Positions 1 to 10,410 are shown, counted from the stretch's first letter. The stretch is DNA of 64,000 nucleotides from an uncultured Pseudobdellovibrionaceae bacterium (GCA_964502735.1 CAZCYD010000007.1:24295-88294); one strand, 5' to 3'. Notes: generated by a model not told the origin, from the letters alone. Numbers and translations: made by a program.

Positions 1-474
1 GATCCTGTTGGCATTGAATTTAATGCAGTCATAGACCGTGTAGATGGAGATAGCTCCGGGAATGTGATTGTTTTAGATTACAAAAGTTCTGGCAGTCAGT
101 TAACGAGTTTTACAGCATGGATTGATAATAATAAATTTCAACTGCCAATTTACTCGTATCTCTTACAGAAAGGTTTTGGAGATATAAATGTTAAAGAAGT
201 TATGGGAATGGGTTATTACATTTTAAAGGATTTAACTAGAAGTAAAGGGCTATGGTGTGAGGAGGGGGATGGTGTTTTATTTCCTGTGAATAAACGTTCA
301 AGAAATTCTATGACTAAGTATGAATTGAATCAGTTTTGGGATGACATAAAAAACCAACTACACAGAGTTATAAGTGAGATTCAATCTGGAAAATTTGTGG
401 CTAATCCTAGAGATGTAAGTAAATGTGACAAGTGTAGCTGGAGGAAAATATGTCGAGCCCCACATCTCATGTAA
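1..474 (+). CDS. addB: AddB/RecB-family PD-(D/E)XK nuclease subunit, C-terminal fragment (5' end lies outside the window)
   Basis: Frame 1 is open from base 1. The translation contains IDRVDG...VLDYKSS (nuclease D...D-x-K motif) and a terminal CDKCSWRKIC cysteine cluster like AddB Fe-S nuclease domains. It overlaps the downstream helicase gene by 25 nt. Confidence 0.7.
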   Translation, partial: DPVGIEFNAVIDRVDGDSSGNVIVLDYKSSGSQLTSFTAWIDNNKFQLPIYSYLLQKGFGDINVKEVMGMGYYILKDLTRSKGLWCEEGDGVLFPVNKRSRNSMTKYELNQFWDDIKNQLHRVISEIQSGKFVANPRDVSKCDKCSWRKICRAPHLM

Positions 475-3461
475 ATATGTCGCTGACTTCTAAGTTTAAG
501 ATCAATTCTAAAATTGTAAGAGCGGGTGCCGGGGCTGGTAAAACCACAAGATTGACTGAGAATATTTATTTAACAGCTAGAGAATTTTATTCTGTAAATA
601 AAAGATGGCCAAACCTTATTGTTACAACGTTTACCAAGAAAGCAACTAAAGAATTAAGAGAACGATTGGTAATAAAGGCTTGTAGCAAAGATGATTTTGA
701 ATTTTTAGAATTTCTTAATAGTACAAATAAAATATACATATCGACGATTCATGGAGTGTTAAATCTTTTTTTAAGGAGTTATGGGCATTTGATGGGGTGG
801 GATAACTCCTTCCAAATTATGTCAAATACAGAAACCAATAAGCTTGTAAAAGCTGTAATTAAAGAGTTAGACGACCTGCCAGAGTGGGAAACTATTCTAA
901 ACTCTTTTACCTATTCTGAGTTAATATCATTATTATCTAGTTATGTAGAAGTAAAACTTATTCACCCAGAAGCAACAGGTGCAGGCTTTGGAAATCTAGA
1001 AAATTTCAGAATACAGTATTTAAGGACTCAGCAGCTTAAAATTAAGCAGTTAGCAGGATTCATATATGAGAGTTTTACTCATGAAAAGTGGTTGGAGTAT
1101 GGAAAAAAATTGAATTCCGCACCTTGCGAGAGTTTATCAGACTATTTGTCTGGAATAGGCCAGCGTCCGAGAAAGACGAAAGAGGATGACGAACAGGCCA
1201 TTCTGTATGTAAAAAGCACTTTGGACAACGTTAAAAAATCCTTAGAAAAATCGGGGCTAACAAATAAAGACTTAATGCGGGCAGAAAGCCTTTTCTCCAA
1301 TTTTGAAGTCATAGCAGATAAATTTTTAGATCAGCTGCTAATCCGAAAACAAAAATTGGCAAAAGTAGAATTGAAGGACTTAGAGTTGGTGACTTTAAAA
1401 ATTATCAGAGAGGAGCCCTCTTTAGCTCAAGCTTTTTCTAGAGAGTGGGATTATTGGTTAATTGATGAATATCAAGATACAAGCCCTCTGCAAGAGTTTT
1501 TACTTAGTTCGTTGATTGGCGAAAGACCAGTCTATATTGTTGGCGATCCACAGCAGAGTATTTATCTTTTTAGGGGAGCAAGGAGTGAAGTTTTTGCTAA
1601 AAAAGAAGCTCAGCTCTGCGAATTTAAAGAAACTCTTGTTAAAAACTACAGGTCCAGACCTGAAGTTTTGTCTTTTATAAATGATATGTTTTCAGGATTC
1701 GAACAAAAATTTTTATCTATGGAATACGGAGAAAAATTTGGTCCCGCTGAACAAGACTATTGCGCTGCGGAGTTTTATGAAGGGGAAGAAGAGGGTTTTG
1801 TCGCGACAAGAATATTGGAGTTGTTAGAGCAAGGCCACTCCCCAGAAAAAATTTGTATTTTATCTCGAAAAAATAAATCTCTTTTAGCAATGGCAAGGGC
1901 TTTGAGTCAGTATCAAATACCAACTCATGTGCATGCCTCTTCTGGTTTTTATTCTCGACGAGAAGTTTTAGATATTGTTTTCTTAGTTCGCTTTTTGGCT
2001 AATCCTCATGATAATGAAAATTTTATTGGTTTGTTGCGTACTCCTTGGATTGGCATTCGAGATGAAGTTCTAATAGATTTGGCCAAAGGGTGGAAGCCCA
2101 GCAAAGAAAGTCTTTGGAGCTTTTGTTTACAGCAAAAACCTAATTTTTTGGCAAAATTTGTTGAAATTGTAGATTTAAGTGAGACTCATGGAGTCTTTTA
2201 TGCAACGGAGTCTTTTTTACTGTTCTCAGGTGTTGTGGACTATTCTCACTACCAAGACTCAACGGGTCGCAAAGAGTCAAATATTTGGAAGTTTTTGGTA
2301 AATTGGAAAGAGCAAGAAAAAAAACCAGGATTCAATATTTTCAGCTTCTTAAATCAATCTGAATTAGATTTATCTGATTCAGATGGGGCTTCAGAATCTG
2401 ATGCGGTTGCAGCACTTGAACCTAACAGCGTGAATCTGATGACAATTCACGCTTCAAAGGGGCTCCAATTCGATTACGTATTTGTTATTGACTGTGGGAG
2501 CTCACCCTTAAAAAGAGGGGGGGCAACTGAGGATCAAAGGCTTCACTATATAGAGAGTGAAAACTGTTGGGGTTTTGCCATACCAAACGAAGAGGGATCT
2601 GGTCGTGAAAAGACTCTAGTTGACCATCTCTATATCGAAGAAATGCAAAAAAGAGAGCTTGAGGAGTCTGATCGTTTGTTCTATGTGGCTCTCACAAGGA
2701 CTATACAAAAAGTATTTTTGAGTTGGAAGGGGTCCTTAGCCAAAGATTCTTGGTTGGCAAGATCTCATTTTACTGTGCAACCAGGGATACATCAGCGGAA
2801 GTCTTACTCTTACAAAATGACCCAAGATAAATTTGAGGGGTATAAAAAATGGAGAGGCTCAAAAAGGGAAATAGAAGTGATTGGTGATCTTTCACAAAAG
2901 GTAGCCCTGTCTCCGGTATATTTTGATAAAATTTCTGTTACTCAATTTCTAGAGAATCAACAAAAAAACATATCAAAACCTAAAGAGTTTGAAAATAACA
3001 ATATAAGCGCTAGTCAACAGATATTTAAAATGAGTCAAAAAGCAAAACTAGGTACAGATTTTCATAAACTTTTTGAGTCGTATAGGTACAACCCGAATTT
3101 AGATGTTGAAAAGTTCTTAATGAATAACTTTGATCACAAAAATGTTCCAGATTTATTTAAGGCATTTGAGTGGGTGTTAGCTTTGAAAGAGCCTCCTATG
3201 CGGGAATTACTCAGAACGGGGCATGTGGAGTGGGGATTTCAGCGCCTTGTAGACGACTTTATTGTTGAAGGTCAGATTGACTTATGGGGAGAAATCCAAG
3301 GTGTAACCTGGTTAGTCGACTACAAGTCTGGATCTACACAGTATAAGGATAGGGCAGTAAAGCAGTTGGATTTATATGCAGAGGCTTTGGGTGAAATTGG
3401 CAAAAAGCATATTCGCAAGGTTATTATTTATCCACTTGAGCCCACAGTGTTTTTTATTTAA
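450..3461 (+). CDS. addA: UvrD/AddA-family ATP-dependent helicase-nuclease
   Basis: Walker A GAGAGKTT is present, with helicase motifs DEYQDTSP, VGDPQQSIYLFRGA and NYRSRPEV. The C-terminal nuclease motif is GQIDLW...WLVDYKSG...QLDLYAEAL. An alternative ATG lies at 477. Confidence 0.85.
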   Translation: MSSPTSHVNMSLTSKFKINSKIVRAGAGAGKTTRLTENIYLTAREFYSVNKRWPNLIVTTFTKKATKELRERLVIKACSKDDFEFLEFLNSTNKIYISTIHGVLNLFLRSYGHLMGWDNSFQIMSNTETNKLVKAVIKELDDLPEWETILNSFTYSELISLLSSYVEVKLIHPEATGAGFGNLENFRIQYLRTQQLKIKQLAGFIYESFTHEKWLEYGKKLNSAPCESLSDYLSGIGQRPRKTKEDDEQAILYVKSTLDNVKKSLEKSGLTNKDLMRAESLFSNFEVIADKFLDQLLIRKQKLAKVELKDLELVTLKIIREEPSLAQAFSREWDYWLIDEYQDTSPLQEFLLSSLIGERPVYIVGDPQQSIYLFRGARSEVFAKKEAQLCEFKETLVKNYRSRPEVLSFINDMFSGFEQKFLSMEYGEKFGPAEQDYCAAEFYEGEEEGFVATRILELLEQGHSPEKICILSRKNKSLLAMARALSQYQIPTHVHASSGFYSRREVLDIVFLVRFLANPHDNENFIGLLRTPWIGIRDEVLIDLAKGWKPSKESLWSFCLQQKPNFLAKFVEIVDLSETHGVFYATESFLLFSGVVDYSHYQDSTGRKESNIWKFLVNWKEQEKKPGFNIFSFLNQSELDLSDSDGASESDAVAALEPNSVNLMTIHASKGLQFDYVFVIDCGSSPLKRGGATEDQRLHYIESENCWGFAIPNEEGSGREKTLVDHLYIEEMQKRELEESDRLFYVALTRTIQKVFLSWKGSLAKDSWLARSHFTVQPGIHQRKSYSYKMTQDKFEGYKKWRGSKREIEVIGDLSQKVALSPVYFDKISVTQFLENQQKNISKPKEFENNNISASQQIFKMSQKAKLGTDFHKLFESYRYNPNLDVEKFLMNNFDHKNVPDLFKAFEWVLALKEPPMRELLRTGHVEWGFQRLVDDFIVEGQIDLWGEIQGVTWLVDYKSGSTQYKDRAVKQLDLYAEALGEIGKKHIRKVIIYPLEPTVFFI

Positions 3462-3517
3462 TTCATTTTTCTATTTGATTCATTTTAACATGATTTATGG
3501 AACTAAATGGTGATCTT

Positions 3518-3546
3518 TTGACACCAATAATTTGATAGTCTTAAAT
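3518..3546 (+). promoter_or_regulatory. Candidate sigma70-type promoter (TTGACA-17 nt-TTAAAT) in the leader of the TonB-dependent receptor gene
   Basis: TTGACA lies at 3518-3523, followed by a 17-nt spacer and TTAAAT at 3541-3546. This rests on sequence pattern only. Confidence 0.25.
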
Positions 3547-3820
3547 AAATAAAATCCTTTTGACACCTAAATAGACGGTTTTGGTTAAAAAACATTCAAC
3601 ATTTTGTGGCATAGGCTTTGCTTTGTGAATAGGATTGTGTTCTGGGGGGTGACTTGGCTGAGTGGCCCTTAAAGTTGTCATGTGCAGTTGTCACGTGAGC
3701 TTATACATATGATAACGTTAGGGGGGGGAGTTGCTCCATTTTATACAATTAAAAAAAAAATTTTCTGACCTATACGACCCAATTCAACTATTAATTGCCG
3801 AAATTCCTGGCAGAGTCACA

Positions 3821-6415
3821 GTGAAAATTCACTTCCCATGGAAATGTGTTGCGTGGACTTTGATATTCAGTCTTATTAATCTCAATGCACAATTTGCAAA
3901 GTCAGATATAGACCTTGATGAATTTACGTCCGACCTCTCTGGTGGGATTAAAAAAGAAAAAGAAAAGGAAAAGAAAACCGAACCTGATCAAAGTGGTGCT
4001 GAGGAGTTTGAAAGAATTCAAGTGACAGGTTCACATGTCAAGCGTATGAGTTTAGAGGGAGCCTCACCAGTTCAAGTCTTAGATCGCCAAGCTATGGAAA
4101 AATCTGGTTACAACTCAGTGTCAGATGTTTTGAGGGATCTCTCAGCTAACTCATTTGGCTCAACTCGAGAACAGTCTGGTAGTGGAGCGGCTGGAGTGGC
4201 CACAGTTTCTTTAAGGGGAATGGGATCAAATAAAACCCTAGTTTTATTAAACGGAAAGCGATTGCCCATGGATGCTATGATAGGATCTGTGGACCTCAAT
4301 TTAATACCAATGGCAGCTGTTCAGAGAATTGAGGTTCTAAAAGATGGAGCTTCGGCAACCTACGGCTCTGACGCGCTTGGCGGAGTTGTCAACATCATCA
4401 CTTATAAAGACTACAATGGTTCAGAGTTCAGTTTTCAACAAAACATGGTTTCTCAATTTGAAGGAGGTAGCTCCAATCAGATGGCTTTTATAACGGGATC
4501 TTCGACCTCCAAAAGCTCTATTGTTTCTGTACTGAACTACCGCAAGAACGAGACCTTTTTTTCAAAAGATAGACCTTGGACAAAAGATGGTATTTCTCCA
4601 ATTGGCAGTCCTGGAGCTTATAGAGTTTCAGGTGGAAAGTGGCAGCCGGCCTCAAATTGCACAACACCTTTAGATCAAGGCGATGGCGATGTCACCTGTG
4701 CCTACAATTTTGCTCAGTTTTCAACAGAACTTCCTGAGATAAAACAACTGTCGGGGATGACGCTATTTGAGTATGAAACGGATTACAACGTGACTTTATT
4801 TGGTCGGCTAAACGCTTCTAGAAAACTGGTAAACTGGCAGTATGCTCCAGCTCCAGGAGTTTTCAGTGTTGACGCGGGATCATCGATTGCGGAGTTGGGT
4901 GGTCAAGCTGGCCAAATTCGTTATCGCACGGTAGATTTAGGCAATCGTGAACAAGATATAGAAACAACAGCTATGGGTTTTCAAGTTGGCGCTAAAGGAA
5001 ACCTCTCTAGCAAATGGGACTGGGAGTTGACCCTTGATCAAAATCGTATTCGCGATATGCAGATAGGAGTTTCTGGATACGCCCTTTCCTCTGTTTTGAG
5101 ACAGCTTATTCAATCGGGAGAGTTTAATCCCTTAAGTGGGCAGGGGGTAGATAAGCTTAACCAAGCTTTTTATCAACCGTGGTCCTCAACAACTTCTGAC
5201 AACTTGATGTATGAGCTCAAGTTAACAGGGGAGCTTTTTAATATGCCTGGCGGAGTGGCGGGGGCTGCCGTAGGGGTTGTATATGCCGAAGACGCTTATA
5301 CAAATAAAACAGATCATTTGTCTGAAACTGGTCAGGTTTTTAGCAATGCAGGAAGCAGTGGGGCCGGTAGCCGTGAGGCCAGCTCTGCTTATATGGAATT
5401 TATTTTGCCTGTAACAAAGAACTTTGAAGTGCAACTTGCCGGGCGCTATGACAAGTTCAGCGATTTTGGCGATACGACTAACCCTAAATTAGGATTAAGA
5501 TATGATATTAATCCACAACTCATGCTCAGGGCTTCTGGGGGAACAGGTTTTATGGCTCCACGACTTGTTCAGCTTTATGCCGCTAGAAGTTTTGGCTTTC
5601 CAACATTTACCGACGCTGTTGCCTGTCAGCATCAAAAAGACACTGGTGTTGCAGGAACTCCGGCTTGCCGTCCTCAGCAGTACTTTGTAGAGTCCGGCGG
5701 TAACCCAAATTTAAAAGAAGAAAAATCTTTAAGTGTCAATATTGGAGCTGTATATCAGCCATCGAGAAGGTTAAAAACAAGTTTAGATATCTGGAGCACA
5801 CAGCTTAGCAATGTTGTAGGCATCGACTACAACCAGTTGATGATAGCTGAAAAAAATGGAGTTAATTTGGCCCAACACGGAGTTATTGTCGACAGGGACC
5901 CCGTTACAAAAAGAATTACAGACGACAAGGGAATCACGGCTCCTATGCTTAATCTTTCTCGTCAAGAAATTAGCGGCTTAGACTTCCAAGCCATGTTCAG
6001 GCTCGACATGGGACTATACTTTTCTGTTGATCATTCTATTCTGTTTTTCTTTCGAGAAGAAGGATTTCCTGGAACGGGATTTCGTAATAGTTTGGGAGAG
6101 AATGGCCAGCCCGCTTGGAGAAATAGCTTTAACGTAGGCTACTCCAAAGATAAAAATAATATGAATCTACTTCTTCGAACCGTAGGGTCCCACAGTAAGT
6201 TTGTTCCCGAAGATGGTAAGCTTCCGGCTTATACAGAGATCGATCTAAGTTACAATCGCGAGATTTTTAGTAAGACGACATTAACTTTGGGTGTGCAGAA
6301 TCTACTGAGTACGATTCCTCCTTTGGACGAATCTAATGCAAACAGCAAACTTTCAACGAGTTTGTACAATCCGCGCGGGCAGGTGATTTTTGCCGCAATT
6401 AAACAAGGATTTTAA
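3821..6415 (+). CDS. TonB-dependent outer-membrane receptor
   Basis: Plug-domain motifs are present (IQVTGSH, LRGMGSNKTLVLLNGKR, VLKDGASATYGSDALGGVVNIITY), followed by a long beta-barrel region and a C-terminal ...AAIKQGF. The ORF is open from TTG 3731, but GTG 3821 gives a plausible signal peptide MKIHFPWKCVAWTLIFSLINLNAQFA. The start is uncertain. Confidence 0.9.
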   Translation: MKIHFPWKCVAWTLIFSLINLNAQFAKSDIDLDEFTSDLSGGIKKEKEKEKKTEPDQSGAEEFERIQVTGSHVKRMSLEGASPVQVLDRQAMEKSGYNSVSDVLRDLSANSFGSTREQSGSGAAGVATVSLRGMGSNKTLVLLNGKRLPMDAMIGSVDLNLIPMAAVQRIEVLKDGASATYGSDALGGVVNIITYKDYNGSEFSFQQNMVSQFEGGSSNQMAFITGSSTSKSSIVSVLNYRKNETFFSKDRPWTKDGISPIGSPGAYRVSGGKWQPASNCTTPLDQGDGDVTCAYNFAQFSTELPEIKQLSGMTLFEYETDYNVTLFGRLNASRKLVNWQYAPAPGVFSVDAGSSIAELGGQAGQIRYRTVDLGNREQDIETTAMGFQVGAKGNLSSKWDWELTLDQNRIRDMQIGVSGYALSSVLRQLIQSGEFNPLSGQGVDKLNQAFYQPWSSTTSDNLMYELKLTGELFNMPGGVAGAAVGVVYAEDAYTNKTDHLSETGQVFSNAGSSGAGSREASSAYMEFILPVTKNFEVQLAGRYDKFSDFGDTTNPKLGLRYDINPQLMLRASGGTGFMAPRLVQLYAARSFGFPTFTDAVACQHQKDTGVAGTPACRPQQYFVESGGNPNLKEEKSLSVNIGAVYQPSRRLKTSLDIWSTQLSNVVGIDYNQLMIAEKNGVNLAQHGVIVDRDPVTKRITDDKGITAPMLNLSRQEISGLDFQAMFRLDMGLYFSVDHSILFFFREEGFPGTGFRNSLGENGQPAWRNSFNVGYSKDKNNMNLLLRTVGSHSKFVPEDGKLPAYTEIDLSYNREIFSKTTLTLGVQNLLSTIPPLDESNANSKLSTSLYNPRGQVIFAAIKQGF

Positions 6416-6495
6416 AGTGAGAGTTGATATAAAAATAAGACGATAAATGAGATTAAAAATAAAATACAACACAAGATGGAGAAAAAATAGAGATT

Positions 6496-7302
6496 ATGGA
6501 GAAAAGCAAAATAAGAAACAATAAGAAAAATAGATTAAAAAGCATAAGAGCCATTACCATTATGATGTTGTTTATGTTGTCAAGTGCGCCGACATTCTCT
6601 CAACAGCGGGGTCGACTTGGTGAAAATATAAAAGAACAATTAAAGACATTTGAAATTTTAGAAGATGGTCAAAAGAAAGTTATTGAGATTGATGAAAAAA
6701 CTCAAGAGCTTCTTCGCGAATACCGTTTAACTTTAAGAAAAATTGAAAATACAAAGCTTTATAATGAACAGCTAGTCAAGCTTATTGCCAGTCAAGGGCA
6801 AGAAAAAGAGTCCGTCACAAAACAAATTGAAGAAATTCAAGTGACTAATCAAGAGATAGTCCCTCTTATGGTATTCATGGTAGACACTCTTGACAAAATA
6901 ATCGGTGAGGATTCGCCTTTTTTAAAAGAAGAAAGAGTCAAGCGAGTTGAAGAGTTAAAGCTGATGATGAGCCGAGCTGATGTTTCCAATTCAGAAAAAT
7001 ACCGTCGCATCTTAGAAGCCTATATGATTGAAAATGATTATGGACGTACACTTGAAGCTTATAGAGGGTTATTGGCTTACGAAGGGCAAGAGCTAACCGT
7101 AGACTATTTAAGAGTGGGACGGGTGTCCTTTCTTTACCAAACTCTTGATGGGCGAAAACAAGCAATTTGGAATCAACAAAAAAAGCAGTGGCTGGAATTA
7201 GGCAGTGAATATCGAAAGCCCATCCGTGAGGCTCTTAAAATTGCCCGAAAGCAGTTAGCTCCAGATCTTATTAAACTCCCTTTACTATTGACAGGAAGAT
7301 AA
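6496..7302 (+). CDS. DUF3450-family periplasmic coiled-coil protein (TtpB-like component of TonB2-type systems)
   Basis: It has a signal peptide and a coiled-coil N-terminal half. The C-terminal region EAYMIENDYGRTLEAYRG...VDYLRVGRVSFLYQTLDG...APDLIKLPL matches my recollection of DUF3450. It sits immediately 5' of the MotA/ExbB-ExbD-TonB genes. Confidence 0.75.
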   Translation: MEKSKIRNNKKNRLKSIRAITIMMLFMLSSAPTFSQQRGRLGENIKEQLKTFEILEDGQKKVIEIDEKTQELLREYRLTLRKIENTKLYNEQLVKLIASQGQEKESVTKQIEEIQVTNQEIVPLMVFMVDTLDKIIGEDSPFLKEERVKRVEELKLMMSRADVSNSEKYRRILEAYMIENDYGRTLEAYRGLLAYEGQELTVDYLRVGRVSFLYQTLDGRKQAIWNQQKKQWLELGSEYRKPIREALKIARKQLAPDLIKLPLLLTGR

Positions 7303-7303
7303 T

Positions 7304-8635
7304 ATGAAAATGATAAGCATTATAATTTTAGTATTGTTCAGTTTAAATGTTCACTCTCAATCTTCAGGAGTATTGGAAGATCTCTTTGAGAAAGTTAAAA
7401 AAGATCAAGAAGTACAAGCCTTAAAAGAACGGGAAAGAGAAGTTCAATTTATAAAGTCCAAAGAAAAGCAAAAAGAATTGTTGGCGCAGGCTAAAGAAGA
7501 GTTAAAAAAATTAGAGGCGGTCTCAGCAAAATTGACTACAGAATTTGACAAAAATGAAAAAGAGCTAACAGTTCTTGAGGAAAAATTAAATCAGGCGTCT
7601 GGAACTTTAGGAGAAATGTTTGGTGTTGTTAAGCAAATCTCTGGCGATTTAAGTTCGCAATTAGAAAATTCAGTAGTTTCAGCAGAGTTAAAGGACAGAG
7701 AAAAGTTTGTTAGAACATTAGCTGGTAGAAAGGAGTTGCCTAATTCAGCTGAATTAAAAAAACTTTGGCATGAAATCCTGACAGAAATGATAGAGTCCGG
7801 CAAGATCACTCAATTTAATGCTGAGGTTGTTCAGTCAAATGGACAATCAAAAAATATGAAAATTAATCGAGTAGGGGCTTTTAATTTATTTTCCGAGGGG
7901 AAGTACTTAAACTATCAAGCGGAAACCGGTCAGATTGTGGAGTTGGCTCGCCAACCCAAGGGACAATATTTAGGGTATTTGCGCGATATAGAAAACAATA
8001 AAAAAGAGAGCGCTCTTCCCTTTGCCTTAGACCCTTCTAAAGGAGTTCTGTTGGGCATGTTGGTCAATGCTCCCAGTTTGCTGGAAAGGTTTCACCAGGG
8101 TGGATTTGTAGGTTATGTCATTGCACTTTTATTGCTGATTGGTGTTTTAATTGTTGCAGAGAGGTACATCTTTTTAGCAAAAGAGAAAAAGAAAATCCTA
8201 GCTCAGCTAGAAAATTCCAAGCCAGATGAAGATAATGCTCTAGGGCGTCTGTTTAAAGTTTTTGAACAGTACAAAAATGAGAGTGTTGAAACCCTAGAGT
8301 TAAAATTAGATGAATCCATAATGAAGTCTTTACCTTCAATTGAAAAAGGTATTGGTGCACTAAAAATGTTGGCCGCTATCGGGCCATTGATGGGGCTATT
8401 GGGGACAGTAACGGGTATGATCGCGACGTTTCAAAGTATCACAATGTTTGGAACTGGCGATCCCAAGCTTATGGCTGGTGGTATTTCAAGCGCACTTGTG
8501 ACCACGGTGTTGGGATTAATATGTGCTATACCTATGCTTCTCTTACACAGCTGTATATCTTCACGTTCAAAAGAAATTGTTCAGATATTAAGTGAGCAGA
8601 GTGTAGGGCTTATAGCCGAGAAAGTGGGGAAATAA
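7304..8635 (+). CDS. Large MotA/TolQ/ExbB-family proton-channel protein with periplasmic coiled-coil N-domain (TtpC-like)
   Basis: A signal peptide and a roughly 250-aa coiled-coil region precede a C-terminal 3-TM channel domain (GPLMGLLGTVTGMIATF ... GGISSALVTTVLGL). The start lies 1 nt after the upstream stop. Confidence 0.8.
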   Translation: MKMISIIILVLFSLNVHSQSSGVLEDLFEKVKKDQEVQALKEREREVQFIKSKEKQKELLAQAKEELKKLEAVSAKLTTEFDKNEKELTVLEEKLNQASGTLGEMFGVVKQISGDLSSQLENSVVSAELKDREKFVRTLAGRKELPNSAELKKLWHEILTEMIESGKITQFNAEVVQSNGQSKNMKINRVGAFNLFSEGKYLNYQAETGQIVELARQPKGQYLGYLRDIENNKKESALPFALDPSKGVLLGMLVNAPSLLERFHQGGFVGYVIALLLLIGVLIVAERYIFLAKEKKKILAQLENSKPDEDNALGRLFKVFEQYKNESVETLELKLDESIMKSLPSIEKGIGALKMLAAIGPLMGLLGTVTGMIATFQSITMFGTGDPKLMAGGISSALVTTVLGLICAIPMLLLHSCISSRSKEIVQILSEQSVGLIAEKVGK

Positions 8636-9166
8636 ATGGCAAACCCTTTTGAAGCCATTAGTGATTTTCTTGCCGCTGGTGGTACGGTTTTGTGGATTAT
8701 TTTATTTACGACATTGGTTATGTGGGTACTTATTATCGAGAGGATATTGTTTTTTAAATATGTCTGTCCGGAGATTATGTCTGATTTAAAAAACCAGTGG
8801 TTAAAACGCCGAGATAAAAATTCTTGGTTTGCCTCTCAGGTGCGTCAAACTTTAATTTCGAGGGGTGAACAACAGATTAATTCTTATATAGGTACAATCA
8901 AAACCTTTGTGGCTCTTTGTCCTTTATTGGGATTGTTGGGAACTGTGACGGGTATGATTTCAGTTTTTGATATCATGGCGATTACAGGCACTGGAAATGC
9001 GCGATTAATGGCTTCGGGAATTTCAATGGCTACCATACCTACATTGGCAGGTATGGTAGCTGCATTGTCGGGCCTTTATTTTGGAAGTTTATTTGAGAAA
9101 AAAGCGGCACGGGCAACTGAAGCTTTGACGGATGAGTTAACAGACGATTTGCTACTAAAACTGTGA
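8636..9166 (+). CDS. exbB: ExbB/TolQ-family proton channel
   Basis: A 176-aa, 3-TM protein with CPLLGLLGTVTGMISVF and SGISMATIPTLAGM. It starts directly after the upstream stop. Confidence 0.85.
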   Translation: MANPFEAISDFLAAGGTVLWIILFTTLVMWVLIIERILFFKYVCPEIMSDLKNQWLKRRDKNSWFASQVRQTLISRGEQQINSYIGTIKTFVALCPLLGLLGTVTGMISVFDIMAITGTGNARLMASGISMATIPTLAGMVAALSGLYFGSLFEKKAARATEALTDELTDDLLLKL

Positions 9167-9173
9167 GGAATTT

Positions 9174-9584
9174 ATGAGAAAAAAATGGAGACGAGTGCAA
9201 GAGGAAGAAGCAGGCATTGATCTTACATCAATGTTAGATGTGACTTTTATCATGCTCATTTTCTTTATTGTAACGACGTCTTTTGTTAAAGAGTCAGGGG
9301 TAGATGTTAATAGACCTACGGCTTCGACAGCTGAGTCAAAGGAAAAGACCAGCATTCTCATTGCTATAACTGAGACAGGAGAAGTCTGGTTAGACAAACG
9401 AAAAGTCGACATTCGAAGTGTTCGCGCAAATATAGAAAGAATGCGAGCCGAAGCCCCCGACGGTGGAGTGGTTATTCAGGCCGATAAGCTGAGTAAAACA
9501 GGTATTTTAGTTGAAGTGATGGATCAGGTCCGATTAGCGGGCATGTTAAATATCTCAATCGCAGGTACAGTGGGCGGTAATTAA
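9174..9584 (+). CDS. exbD: ExbD/TolR-family biopolymer transport protein
   Basis: A 136-aa protein with a single N-terminal TM (IDLTSMLDVTFIMLIFFIV) and a periplasmic domain. It lies between exbB and tonB. Confidence 0.85.
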   Translation: MRKKWRRVQEEEAGIDLTSMLDVTFIMLIFFIVTTSFVKESGVDVNRPTASTAESKEKTSILIAITETGEVWLDKRKVDIRSVRANIERMRAEAPDGGVVIQADKLSKTGILVEVMDQVRLAGMLNISIAGTVGGN

Positions 9585-10237
9585 TGAGCAATTTTTGGAA
9601 AAGACTTGTCTATTCCATCGCGGGTGGTGCAGCTGCAACTTTTTTGCTTTTTTACCTGATGCAAAGTTTAATTTCGGGGGGAAAGGACTTAAAAAAGCCA
9701 GATGCTACGGAAAATTTTATAGAATTTGTACGTCTAAAGCGGCCCACCAATCTGGAAACAAAAAAGCGAGAGTTGCCTAAAAAGCCAGAAGTCAAAGACG
9801 AAGAAATGCCAAAACAAAATGTGAATGTGGCGAAGAACGAGCACAAACCCAGTCGGCCAGAGTTAAAGTTTGAGACCCCTAAACTTGATATTCCCTTAGC
9901 TCCAGGTGATGGAGGAATGGCTATGTCTGGTGCAGGAGGAGGTGCAAGTGCGAACAGTGATGAGGTTCCTTTGGTTCGTGTCGAGCCACAGTTTCCTCAA
10001 GAGGCAGCGATGAAAGGGATCAGCAAGGGTTGGGTTCGGCTGGTTGTTGACATTGGCACAGACGGAAGTGTGTCTCAAGCCCACGTGATTGAGGCCCGTC
10101 CAAGAAATATTTTCGAGCAAGCTGCCGTAAAGGCGGTGTTGAAATGGAAGTACCGACCAAAAATGATCGAAGGCAAAGCCGTTGTTAGAAAGGGTATAAA
10201 AATTCAGTTGGATTTTGAGATGGAACCAGAATCATAA
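9584..10237 (+). CDS. tonB: TonB energy transducer
   Basis: It has an N-terminal TM, a Lys/Pro/Glu-rich linker and a C-terminal TonB_C domain (PLVRVEPQFPQEAAMKGISKGWVRLVVDIGTDGSV...LKWKYRP). Its ATG overlaps the exbD stop (TAATG). Confidence 0.85.
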   Translation: MSNFWKRLVYSIAGGAAATFLLFYLMQSLISGGKDLKKPDATENFIEFVRLKRPTNLETKKRELPKKPEVKDEEMPKQNVNVAKNEHKPSRPELKFETPKLDIPLAPGDGGMAMSGAGGGASANSDEVPLVRVEPQFPQEAAMKGISKGWVRLVVDIGTDGSVSQAHVIEARPRNIFEQAAVKAVLKWKYRPKMIEGKAVVRKGIKIQLDFEMEPES

Positions 10238-10410
10238 TTCAGCCGTTAATCTTTTAGTCACCTCTATATAATTTACAAGTACCATGTACAAAAATTTATA
10301 ATCGATTTATTTTGGAGATCTTCATCTTTAGAAGTGAGTCTTTTATCTGGTAGGTAGCTTCCGGCTTAGAAATTAGGACGACGATAAACAAGAAGCAAAA
10401 GTAATATAAA

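Noticed and set aside
3462-3820. A TPP or cobalamin riboswitch upstream of the TonB-dependent receptor (GGGGGTGAC...CTGAGT...GCCCTT looked THI-box-like).
   Set aside because: The 3' half of the THI element (ACCUGAUCUGGAUAAUGCCAGCG-like) and the B12 box are both absent. The resemblance is limited to a few bases.
3731-3820. TTG 3731 as the start of the TonB-dependent receptor.
   Set aside because: The G-rich Shine-Dalgarno-like tract abuts the TTG with no spacing, and the first 30 residues precede the signal peptide. GTG 3821 fits better, but this remains unproven.
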